64,000 bases of DNA from a bacterium (GTDB lineage: Bacteria > Zhuqueibacterota > Zhuqueibacteria > Residuimicrobiales > Krinioviventaceae): the NCBI GenBank assembly GCA_963693055.1, contig OY843751.1, forward strand, positions 2,432,001-2,496,000, read 5' to 3'. Both the position numbers and the translations under genes were made by a program. Below are positions 23,035-32,342 of this stretch, piece after piece. Under the pieces are notes generated by a model, which made no database searches, had not been told where the DNA came from, and was given only the letters and a program-made list of their open reading frames with translations. How positions within the stretch are numbered: the first letter of the stretch is position 1; each line of letters opens with the position of its first letter.

Positions 23035-25965
23035 ATGACAAAAATTCCTAAAAATTGGTTGTATTTATTCATCATCCTTATTTTGCTGGCAACGCAAAGT
23101 GGTTTTGCCGCTGTTACCGGTAAAATTAGCGGAAAGGTAGTTGACGGTGAATCAGGTGATCCGTTACCTGGTGCAAATGTGCTGATAGATGGCACAACAC
23201 GTGGTGCCGCTACAGATGTTGATGGTAACTATTTAATAATTAACCTGGCTCCTGGTACCTATTCGCTAAGGGTTAATATGATTGGTTATAATACGGTACA
23301 GATTCAAGATGTTCGTGTTTACACTGACCGCATAACCAAACAGAATTGTGAATTGACAATGGGTGTTCTTGAAGGGCAGGAAGTTGTTATTGTTGCCGGA
23401 AGAGAGCCGATTGAATTTGATAGAACCAATACCGCAGCTTATGTGAATCAGGAAGAAATTGAAGCCTTGCCGGTAACAACTTTTAGTGAAGTGATTGCTT
23501 TGCAGTCGGGTGTTGTTGCTGATGCTGGTGGAAGTCTTCACTTTCGTGGTGGTCGTTCCCGTGAAGTTGCATACATGATTGATGGTATTCCCGTAACCAA
23601 CAACTTTAGTCAGGGTGGTGGTTCAAACGTTGCTATAGAAAATAACTTTATTAAAGAACTTCAGGTTATTACCGGTACATTTAATGCAGAATATGGTTCT
23701 GCCCAATCTGGTATCATTAATGTTGTAACCAAAGTTCCTGAAGACAAGTTTGATTTTAGTTTTGATGCTATGACTGGTGGATATTATTCACCGGATCAAC
23801 CTCAATATATTGGTCTTGATTCATATGATCTGTTAAATACTCAGGAATACAAGTTTTCAGTTTCAGGTCCGTTACCTTTTCCAAAAAGACTTGGTAAACT
23901 CGGCTTTTTTGTAAATGGTCGTATTGTTAATGATGACGGTTATTTAAATGGTGAAAGACGTTATTCACCAGAAGATGGTTGGGAAATTGAAGTTTTTCGT
24001 GAATGGTATAATGCAACTTTTGATCCCAAAGATCCGCTTTTGATTCCAATTCCGGATTCATTGCATACTGGTGATGGCTCAATAGTTTCTATCGATTGGG
24101 AAAAGAAATACAGCATTAATACAAAACTTGTTTATCAACCCATTCCATCTATGACATTGTCATACAACTTGTTTACAAGTGATGGTGAGGGTAAATCTTA
24201 TTCACATTCCTGGCGTTATACTCCAGATGCGTTGCCATTCTGGTATGATGATAAAATAACGCACATGTTGGTTTTTACACATTCTCCTCTAGAAAATCTT
24301 TATTATAATTTGCGTTATTCAATGCAAAAAAGTGAAACAAAAGCTTATACATATGAAAATCCTAATGACCCCAGATATCAAGCAACTTCTATTAATGCCT
24401 GGGATCCGGGTTCAATCACTGGTTATGACTTTGGCGGTATCTATAGCTGGGATCGTAATTTCCAGGAACGCACAATGAATCTGATCAATGGTGATGTAAC
24501 CTGGCAACTTAATAAAGTAATGGAAATTAAAACAGGTTTTGAATATAAAGACCATGATCTTCATTATAGAAACGCTCCAATGAAACCCAAGTTTGGTTAT
24601 GAAACTCAGCAATTCCCATTCACCCGTAGTGAAATTGCGGGTCTTGAATTGCCTTATGAATTCTTTCGCGATTCTACCAGAGCTTATGATTATGGAACTA
24701 TAAAACTTCGTCAGGCAAGTCCTGACAGTTCATTGGATGATCTTTACTATGTGAATTATAATCGTTATCCTATCGAAGCTGCAACTTTTGCTCAAACCAC
24801 GTTACATATGGGTGAAATTATTTTAAATGCAGGTTTGCGATATGATTATTTTGCACCAGAAGATCGTTGGGCACCAGATTATACAATTATCTATCCTGAA
24901 CTTGTTGGTAAGGATTATATTGAAACTGAAAGTGGTGAAAGAATTCAATACTATGAACAAGCCGAATCCAAGTGGCAATTGAGTCCGCGTTTTGGTTTGT
25001 CATTCCCCATTTCAGAAAAAGGTGCTATGCGTCTTTCTTATGGACATTTCTTTCAGACACCCAGTTTTGAAAAAATGTATCAGAACCCAGTATTACCGGA
25101 TTACAATGAATTTAGTATTATGGGAACCAGTATTGGTAACCCCAATCTTAAACCTGAAAAAACAATCCAATACGAGTTGGGTTTGCAGCAAGAGCTTTCT
25201 CCCGGTTTGTCAATGGAGTTGACAGTTTTCTATAAAGATTTTCGTGATCTTTTGGGTATAGAAATTTTGACATTGAGTAATGCAACCACATTCTATCGTT
25301 ATATCAACAAAGAGTATGGTGATTCAAAAGGTGTTTCATTTGCTTTAAATTATAGCTCAATGGACAACAAGGTTGTTGCCGGTGTTGATTATTCATATAT
25401 GACGGCTAAAGGTACATCTTCCAGTCCTGAAGCTGCCCGTGATGTTGCGATTTTATCCGGTTCTTCCAAAGGTGCATATTCACTTGCTTCTCGTAGAATT
25501 GATTACCTGAATTGGGACCAAACTCACAGTTTAAATGCAACAGTCAGTGTGCAACCTGTTAAAAAACTTTACTTGAGCGTTGTCGGTCAATTGGGTTCTG
25601 GTTTACCTTATTCGCCTTCTACACTAGATCCTAATATTGAGATTCCAAGTGGTTGGTGGGACAATGCAGACCGTAAGCCTGTTAGATGGGCTGTTGATTT
25701 CAAGATCAATAAAACTGTTACTTTGATGAATTATAATTTTTCAGTGTACATGAATATTTATAATATCTTTAATCACTTGAATGAAAATTCTGTTAACAGC
25801 ATAACCGGGCGTGCGGGCCCAGATGCATACCTGCCAGAAATTGCACGTAAACGTTATTACAGACTTGAACAATTGGGTGAATTCACTCAGGAGGAAGCAG
25901 ACTATAATCCTACTGAATATTCACGTCCACGCTTAATTCAATTTGGACTTTCATTTGCATTATAG
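23035..25965 (+). CDS. TonB-dependent receptor (second paralog)
   Basis: TGKISGKVVD...LPGANV; FRGGRSREVAYMIDGIP; GTFNAEYGSAQSGIINVVTK; NAGLRYDY; LSPRFGLSFPIS; GNPNLKPEKTIQYELG. Start moved to ATG 23035 (RBS GGAGA). Confidence 0.92.
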   Translation: MTKIPKNWLYLFIILILLATQSGFAAVTGKISGKVVDGESGDPLPGANVLIDGTTRGAATDVDGNYLIINLAPGTYSLRVNMIGYNTVQIQDVRVYTDRITKQNCELTMGVLEGQEVVIVAGREPIEFDRTNTAAYVNQEEIEALPVTTFSEVIALQSGVVADAGGSLHFRGGRSREVAYMIDGIPVTNNFSQGGGSNVAIENNFIKELQVITGTFNAEYGSAQSGIINVVTKVPEDKFDFSFDAMTGGYYSPDQPQYIGLDSYDLLNTQEYKFSVSGPLPFPKRLGKLGFFVNGRIVNDDGYLNGERRYSPEDGWEIEVFREWYNATFDPKDPLLIPIPDSLHTGDGSIVSIDWEKKYSINTKLVYQPIPSMTLSYNLFTSDGEGKSYSHSWRYTPDALPFWYDDKITHMLVFTHSPLENLYYNLRYSMQKSETKAYTYENPNDPRYQATSINAWDPGSITGYDFGGIYSWDRNFQERTMNLINGDVTWQLNKVMEIKTGFEYKDHDLHYRNAPMKPKFGYETQQFPFTRSEIAGLELPYEFFRDSTRAYDYGTIKLRQASPDSSLDDLYYVNYNRYPIEAATFAQTTLHMGEIILNAGLRYDYFAPEDRWAPDYTIIYPELVGKDYIETESGERIQYYEQAESKWQLSPRFGLSFPISEKGAMRLSYGHFFQTPSFEKMYQNPVLPDYNEFSIMGTSIGNPNLKPEKTIQYELGLQQELSPGLSMELTVFYKDFRDLLGIEILTLSNATTFYRYINKEYGDSKGVSFALNYSSMDNKVVAGVDYSYMTAKGTSSSPEAARDVAILSGSSKGAYSLASRRIDYLNWDQTHSLNATVSVQPVKKLYLSVVGQLGSGLPYSPSTLDPNIEIPSGWWDNADRKPVRWAVDFKINKTVTLMNYNFSVYMNIYNIFNHLNENSVNSITGRAGPDAYLPEIARKRYYRLEQLGEFTQEEADYNPTEYSRPRLIQFGLSFAL

Positions 25966-25985
25966 AAAAATGGGTATTTAAGATT

Positions 25986-27053
25986 ATGAAAAAAATACAT
26001 TTATTATTCAGCTTTATTGTAATCTTTTACTGTAGCCAGTCTGTATTTTCTCAAATTGATTTGAGTGATGCCCAATACAGTTCTGATATTAGTAGAAGTG
26101 GTACTTCTGCAGGTGCAATGCTTGAAATTGGTATTGGCGCCCGTGCAGAAGCTATGGGAGGTGCATTCGTAGGTGTTGCTGATGATCCTTCCGCTCTTTA
26201 CTGGAATCCTGCAGGAATTATTAAAGTAAATACAATTTCTGTTCAGGCGACAAAAACCGAATGGTTTGTAGGCACAACTTTTAATTCACTGGACTTGGTA
26301 GTGCCAGTTAAAATGGTTAATTCTGCACTTGGAGTTCACATTGCCATGTTAGACTATGGCTCTAATCCTGTTCGTACAATATTTCGTCCAGAAGGAAATG
26401 GTGAAACATATTCGGCTTCAGATCTTGTTGCCGGACTTTACTGGGCGCTGGGCATTACAGACCGTGTTAACGTTGGTTTGGGTTTGAAATATTTTCAACA
26501 GAATATCTGGCATGTTACAGGTACCAATGTTGCTGTTGATTTGTCAATATTGTTTGATACACCGGTAAAAGGTTTGACACTTGGTGGAGCTTTGAGCAAC
26601 CTTGGACCTGAATTTTCACTGAACGGTCGAGATTTAACTAGAGTTTATGATATTGATGGCCGTAAAGATACATATTATAATAATGATAATGTAGCAATCC
26701 AGCTTGCTACAGAAGCTTATCCTTTACCACTTTTATTTAGATTTGGTATTGCTTATACATGGCAGCTTACATCCAGAAATTCTTTGCTTGTTGCGTCTAA
26801 TATAAACCATCCAAGTAATAATGTTGAAACTGTGGATGTAGGCGCAGAATTGAATTTGCTTGATCTTGGTTTTTTAAGAGCTGGATATCAATCCTTGTTT
26901 GATGATAAATCTGTTTCAGGGCTTTCTCTGGGAGCTGGTTTGAAATACAGGGTACTTGGTTCAGCTACTTTGACTTTTGATTATGCATGGACAGACTGGA
27001 CTGTTCTTGCGTCAACCAACAGATTTACTGTTGGTATCAGTACAGCTTATTAA
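25986..27053 (+). CDS. PorV/PorQ-like (UPF0164) outer-membrane beta-barrel protein
   Basis: LEIGIGARAEAMGGAFVGVADDPSALYWNPAG signature; FLRAGY; FDYAW. Confidence 0.85.
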   Translation: MKKIHLLFSFIVIFYCSQSVFSQIDLSDAQYSSDISRSGTSAGAMLEIGIGARAEAMGGAFVGVADDPSALYWNPAGIIKVNTISVQATKTEWFVGTTFNSLDLVVPVKMVNSALGVHIAMLDYGSNPVRTIFRPEGNGETYSASDLVAGLYWALGITDRVNVGLGLKYFQQNIWHVTGTNVAVDLSILFDTPVKGLTLGGALSNLGPEFSLNGRDLTRVYDIDGRKDTYYNNDNVAIQLATEAYPLPLLFRFGIAYTWQLTSRNSLLVASNINHPSNNVETVDVGAELNLLDLGFLRAGYQSLFDDKSVSGLSLGAGLKYRVLGSATLTFDYAWTDWTVLASTNRFTVGISTAY

Positions 27054-27092
27054 TTAAGGTTTTGTTTCTAAAATTTAGTTAAAGGATGATTT

Positions 27093-30000
27093 ATGAAAAA
27101 GCTTGTTAATATATGTGCATTGATCATTTTATCAGCAAGTTCGCTTTTTGCGCAGGCTGCAGGATCACAATTCGATCTGCATCCTATGCACTGGGCCCGT
27201 TTTTGGGCAAGGGGACTTTTTGATCGTAACTTGATTTATTGCCCTGTTTGGAATATTGGAAATGTAACAGACTCTGGCGTTGACCCGGGTGATGATATGC
27301 AATGGCCTGGTAGTGAAGGCCTCAGTTTTGTTGATGCTGCTGTTTTTTATATAGGTGCATTGGTTTATGACATGTCTGCTTATGAAGGACAGCAAGTTCC
27401 TGAAACCTGGGATGGTAGTGATATTTATATTGTGAGCGATGCTTATAATACTCATGTCTCTCAAGCTGTTCCATGGGCACAATTATCAAAAGATAAAACT
27501 CACCAGCAAAAATGGGCACCCATTCCTGGATTTTTTAATGATGGTGCTTATGGCTATATTTATGGTATAAATGAAGATACTGATGGTGATGGTGAATTGT
27601 CTCCTGCGGAAGATATTAATTTGAATGGTATTTTGGATTATAATCTGGAGCCACCTGAAAGTATTTTGAAAAGCATGGCTATCAGTACCGATAAACGTAC
27701 CTGGCCTGAATACTGGCCTGGTGGTACATATGTTGGTGATGAGCGTGAGTTTTTTGGTAGACCCCCAAGAACAGTTGAAGCAGGTGAAAGAAAAGGCAAG
27801 TGGAATGGTGAATTTAAAGCAGGAACCATTTCTGATCAGGAAACATTGTATTGGATGGATGATCATGAAAATGACCATTGGAATGATTACAAACAGGGTC
27901 GTTACTGGCCAATGAAGAATTCTGATGGAACTCCAGATACAACACCTTGGGCTGATGGTGGTATTGCTGGTGCCGGTGTTGAAGTTGAAGCCAGAACTTA
28001 TGCATGGTTTCACCCCTTAGCTGAAGACTTGCTGGTTTCTGTTTATCGAGTTCGAAATTATAGTGATTATACTCTGAAACGCGTTGTTACCGGTATGTGG
28101 GCAAATGCCAATATTGCAGGAAAAGGTGATTATAACCTTGCCAGTTATATTATAGCTGATTTTGATTATGAAGGCTCAGGTGGTCGTCTTGACTTTGATA
28201 TTTTGTATCAATGGCACCAGTTCCCGGATCAACTTTCTACATATAAAAAAGTTGGTACTTTTGGATTTGCATTTCTTGAAAGTCCCGGTATCCCTTATAA
28301 TGGTTTGGATGATGACGCTGATGGTCTTGTAGATGAAGCTATGGATGATGGTATTGATAATGATGGTGACTGGTTACCTTATGCTGATATAGGTATAGAT
28401 AAAAAAGGCCCAGGTGATGAAGGTTATGTAGGTCCCGATGGTGATGGAACTGAAAATAATGGAAGATGGGATACTGAAGATGCAAACCTGAATGGTGCTT
28501 TGGATCCTGGTGAAGATACTAATAAGAATGACAAACTTGATTTTGAACCAATTCGTAACGACCGTGGAACTGATGGAATTGGTCCTGATGAAAATGGCTG
28601 GCCAGGTCCTGATACTGATGGCACTGAAGCCAATGGCGCTATGGATCTTGGTGAGCCCAATTTTGACAAAACTGATATCGATGAAGCTGACCAGGCTGGT
28701 TTGAAACATGTTTATGTTTATGAGAACAATAAAGATCTTAAAGATGATAAAGCCTTTTGGGAAAAATATCTTGCTAAAGATGATGTAGATATTGAAGAAA
28801 CAGATGAAGATATCGTTTTTACTTTTGGTGCTCGTAATGTTCAATTAGATATTGATGTTTGGAGACGCTTTACTATTGCAATGATTATGGGTGAAGATGA
28901 AGCTGATGCCATTCGTAATAAAGCAACCATGCAGAATATCTATGATGAAAATTATCAGTTCCTGACTCCTCCATTACAACCTACTTTGGTATCTAATACT
29001 ACAAATAGAAAAGTACAATTGTATTGGGATACAGATGCTGAAGCATCAAAAGATCCATTTTTTGGTGAAGACTTTAATGGCTACCGTCTTTACAAAAGTA
29101 CCGATCCTAAATTCCTTGATGTAAAAACTATTACAGATGCTTTTGGTAATATCCTGTTGTTTGAACCCCTGGAAATTTGGGACAAGGATGATGGTTTGAT
29201 GGGCGTTCACCCAATTCCATTCCCCAACTTGGGTGTCCATTATGACATGGGTAATGACAGTGGTTTAAAACATGCTTATACCGATACTGTAGTTGAGAAT
29301 GGTAGAACTTATTACTATGCGTTGACAGCAATTGATGCTGGTAATGATGATGATTTTTATGAAAGAAAACTTGTTACTGAAGATTATCCTATGCAGGCTA
29401 TGCCTAGTGAATCACCTTTCAATATTACAGTAAACAAGCTGGGTGAAGTTGTGTATAGAGATCGAAATACTGCCGTTGTTATTCCTACTGAACCGGCTGC
29501 CGGATTTACTGAACCCCATATTGATTCAACCTTGATTAAACACAATTCAGGTTGGGCACGTGGTGGAAAAATGAATATTGAAGTTTTTAATAAAAATCAT
29601 GCAAACCTGGGAAATGTTTATGAACTCCAGTTTGAAGATGATCACTGGCTTGATAGCCTCACCAACAAGTTTGAGTGGGGTGGAACGACAGGTATACGTT
29701 GTTTGAATGTAACAACCGGTGATACAATGTTTGATTTTCAGTATGATACACCTTACTATTTCAAAGAAGAAGCTTATAAGGAAATTGAGCAAGGCTTTTT
29801 TGAAGGTGTTCACTATGATCTAAGTTTTCCGATTGATACGGATGTAAGATATCATGGTATTGAAATTGTTAAAACTAATGCAGATGGTCGCAAAACTAAT
29901 GAATGGAAACGTTGGGCAACTGATACAGAGTCTAATCTTCGTGTTGAAGAAATAGATCTCGACAATTCAGATGCTACCATTGCATTGCCTTTTGATTTTG

Positions 30001-30731
30001 AAATTCGGGTTGAAGAAGATATGGGTGCTGATACATCTATTGCTATTCCACCATTGATTAAGGCTTATCCTCTTAATTTTACTACCTGGAATGTTACTGA
30101 TCCAAACAATCCTATCCAGATGGACGTTGTTGTTCGTTATGATAAAGATTCGCGTCTGGAATTACCTCAGGAAATGTTTGGACAACTTTGGGACAGCACG
30201 CGTGTAATCTTAAAGCTGCCTAATAAAAAAGAAACAGGTTGGTTGTCTTCTTGGACTGTAGAATTTTATAAAAACCGGTTTGATTCTTTAAAACCTGTTA
30301 TTGCACCTGCTCCTGGTGATATTTACAGGTTTAAAACGACACGTAACCCGTCTCGTCATGACCGTTTTCAATTTACAATTGATGGTGGTACATGGGATGA
30401 AGATAAAGCAAAAATTGAAATGCGTGATATCTATGTAGTACCTGATCCTTATGTAGTATCAAGTAGTTACGAGTCTATATATGAACTTGCAGGTTACTCG
30501 CAAAGACGTGTTGATTTTGTGAATTTACCGCCACAATGTACAATTAAAATATTTACAGCCAGTGGTAAGCTAGTGAGAACACTGGATCACAATGAAGCAA
30601 ATGACTTTGGTAGACATTCCTGGGATTTAACAACAGAGGATGGACCTGAGGTTGCCTTTGGAATGTACTTTTTTGTAGTTGAATCAAAAGCACTTGGAAC
30701 AACACGTGGTAAATTTGCGATTATCAAGTAA
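27093..30731 (+). CDS. Large secreted TBDR-associated protein with Asp-rich Ca-binding-like repeats, Fn3-like domain and T9SS-like CTD
   Basis: Signal peptide; DxDxDG/EDxNxNG repeats; VQLYWD...FNGYRLYKS...YTD..VENGRTYYYALTAID; C-terminus VVPDPY...NLPPQCTIKIFT...FGMYFFVVE...GKFAIIK. Confidence 0.78.
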   Translation: MKKLVNICALIILSASSLFAQAAGSQFDLHPMHWARFWARGLFDRNLIYCPVWNIGNVTDSGVDPGDDMQWPGSEGLSFVDAAVFYIGALVYDMSAYEGQQVPETWDGSDIYIVSDAYNTHVSQAVPWAQLSKDKTHQQKWAPIPGFFNDGAYGYIYGINEDTDGDGELSPAEDINLNGILDYNLEPPESILKSMAISTDKRTWPEYWPGGTYVGDEREFFGRPPRTVEAGERKGKWNGEFKAGTISDQETLYWMDDHENDHWNDYKQGRYWPMKNSDGTPDTTPWADGGIAGAGVEVEARTYAWFHPLAEDLLVSVYRVRNYSDYTLKRVVTGMWANANIAGKGDYNLASYIIADFDYEGSGGRLDFDILYQWHQFPDQLSTYKKVGTFGFAFLESPGIPYNGLDDDADGLVDEAMDDGIDNDGDWLPYADIGIDKKGPGDEGYVGPDGDGTENNGRWDTEDANLNGALDPGEDTNKNDKLDFEPIRNDRGTDGIGPDENGWPGPDTDGTEANGAMDLGEPNFDKTDIDEADQAGLKHVYVYENNKDLKDDKAFWEKYLAKDDVDIEETDEDIVFTFGARNVQLDIDVWRRFTIAMIMGEDEADAIRNKATMQNIYDENYQFLTPPLQPTLVSNTTNRKVQLYWDTDAEASKDPFFGEDFNGYRLYKSTDPKFLDVKTITDAFGNILLFEPLEIWDKDDGLMGVHPIPFPNLGVHYDMGNDSGLKHAYTDTVVENGRTYYYALTAIDAGNDDDFYERKLVTEDYPMQAMPSESPFNITVNKLGEVVYRDRNTAVVIPTEPAAGFTEPHIDSTLIKHNSGWARGGKMNIEVFNKNHANLGNVYELQFEDDHWLDSLTNKFEWGGTTGIRCLNVTTGDTMFDFQYDTPYYFKEEAYKEIEQGFFEGVHYDLSFPIDTDVRYHGIEIVKTNADGRKTNEWKRWATDTESNLRVEEIDLDNSDATIALPFDFEIRVEEDMGADTSIAIPPLIKAYPLNFTTWNVTDPNNPIQMDVVVRYDKDSRLELPQEMFGQLWDSTRVILKLPNKKETGWLSSWTVEFYKNRFDSLKPVIAPAPGDIYRFKTTRNPSRHDRFQFTIDGGTWDEDKAKIEMRDIYVVPDPYVVSSSYESIYELAGYSQRRVDFVNLPPQCTIKIFTASGKLVRTLDHNEANDFGRHSWDLTTEDGPEVAFGMYFFVVESKALGTTRGKFAIIK

Positions 30732-32286
30732 TAAAATCTTTTATCTGATTTTTTTCGGGACATTGATCTTTTTAGCGTGTTCAAAACCTAAAATAGACAA
30801 TGTCCCTATGGATCAGATTATTGCTCAAGTTGGAGATCAATATATTACTGTTGATCAGTTTCGTATTAGTTATGAGCAAAGTTTTCCGATTATGCGTCAG
30901 GGTGAAAAAGAACCTCGATATGTTTACCTTGACCATATGATAAATGAACTTTTACTTGCTTCAAAAGGTTTTGATGAAGGTTATGATAAATCACCATATG
31001 TAAGTAGTCGAATCAATCGAAGGCAATATCAGGATTTGTTGGAATCTTTTTATACAAAATATGTTTACAGTCGGGTTGCTATCCCGGAAGATGAGTTGCA
31101 GGAAGCGACAAAAAAGTCAAGTGTTAAATTCCGCTTAATGTTTTGGCCTACACCTTCACTGGATGATGCAAAAAATGCATATGAGCAAGCTGTGAAAAGT
31201 GATTTGGAAAATTTTATTGATAATGAACTTGCAAAACAGGAAACAAAGCTTCAGTTTAAAGAATTTTTTCAGACCGATTGGATTGATTTTTTAGAGTTAC
31301 CTCCTAGAATTTTTGATCAATTGGCTGATTTGGAAATTGGTGTTCCTTCTCAACCCTTACCCCTGGGAAACGGTTATGCATTGTTTCAGGTTATGGATGT
31401 TAACTTTGAAGGTTTAACATCTGAAGAAGTAAAACACGGTATTAAACGTAAAAAAATGGAACAACGTTTAAAAAATATAGAAACTGATCGTATAGCGCAT
31501 GCTGTCATGGATTCTGTACTCACTCCTATGGATATTCGTGTTAAAGGACCTGTAATTAATAGAATTGCACCATTGCTTTATCAATGGTTTCAAGATGGTT
31601 TACCCAAAAGTAAACCTTTGCTGGAACATGTGAATACTCCTGATGATACGGCAAAACAATATATTTTTGATTTAAAAGAATTGCTAAATGAAGCCTTGGT
31701 AACAACAAGCTCTGGCATTAAAACAGTTTCAGATCTTTTGGACTATTTAAATTATTATCGTAGTTCTTTGAATCAACCCATGGAATATGATTTGTTCCGG
31801 GAGATGCTAATTACACAAATTGGTACAATGATAAAAAATGATGCATTTGTAAATATTGCTAAAAATGAAGGTTTCCTTGATTCTACCAAGGTTCATCAGG
31901 ATTTGAGAATATGGCGTGACAAATGGACATTTGACATAACACGCTATGAAATGATTAAAGATTATAATGTCACAGAAAATGAAATGAAGGAATATTTTAA
32001 AAACCGTTATACTGAATTAGGAATTGCTGATGTTGATACTACTCGGTTTTATAAATATGAGAATGAGATCTATAATCGTATTTTACATGAAAAACACTTG
32101 CAGGAAATAAATAATAAACTTGATGGGTTAAAAAAACAATATCCAATAGTAATTCATTATAATGTTTTAGACACATTAAACCTGAATGAAGGGAAAAAAG
32201 AAAAGTTTCCTTTTTTTCTAAGAAATAATTTTTCAGGTGAAGCTGTTGCACCTACAGTTGATTTAAAATGGTTATACTATAATTAG
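30706..32286 (+). CDS. SurA/PrsA-like (PpiC-type) foldase lipoprotein, degenerate PPIase domain
   Basis: Lipobox FLAC; IIAQVGDQYITVDQF SurA-N-like start; LEIGVPSQPL..GYALFQV rotamase-like end. Start is uncertain (GTG 30706 or TTG 30715) and overlaps the upstream gene. Confidence 0.65.
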   Translation: MVNLRLSSNKIFYLIFFGTLIFLACSKPKIDNVPMDQIIAQVGDQYITVDQFRISYEQSFPIMRQGEKEPRYVYLDHMINELLLASKGFDEGYDKSPYVSSRINRRQYQDLLESFYTKYVYSRVAIPEDELQEATKKSSVKFRLMFWPTPSLDDAKNAYEQAVKSDLENFIDNELAKQETKLQFKEFFQTDWIDFLELPPRIFDQLADLEIGVPSQPLPLGNGYALFQVMDVNFEGLTSEEVKHGIKRKKMEQRLKNIETDRIAHAVMDSVLTPMDIRVKGPVINRIAPLLYQWFQDGLPKSKPLLEHVNTPDDTAKQYIFDLKELLNEALVTTSSGIKTVSDLLDYLNYYRSSLNQPMEYDLFREMLITQIGTMIKNDAFVNIAKNEGFLDSTKVHQDLRIWRDKWTFDITRYEMIKDYNVTENEMKEYFKNRYTELGIADVDTTRFYKYENEIYNRILHEKHLQEINNKLDGLKKQYPIVIHYNVLDTLNLNEGKKEKFPFFLRNNFSGEAVAPTVDLKWLYYN

Positions 32287-32342
32287 AGTTAGTTACCACC
32301 TAATAAATAAACCAGTCACAATCACTTAATTAAGGAGGAACC

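Noticed and set aside
9256-30731. Classical Bacteroidetes SusC/SusD PUL
   Set aside because: The TBDRs lack SusC-type signatures and the following genes are not SusD-like lipoproteins; they are PorV-like barrels and CTD-bearing proteins.
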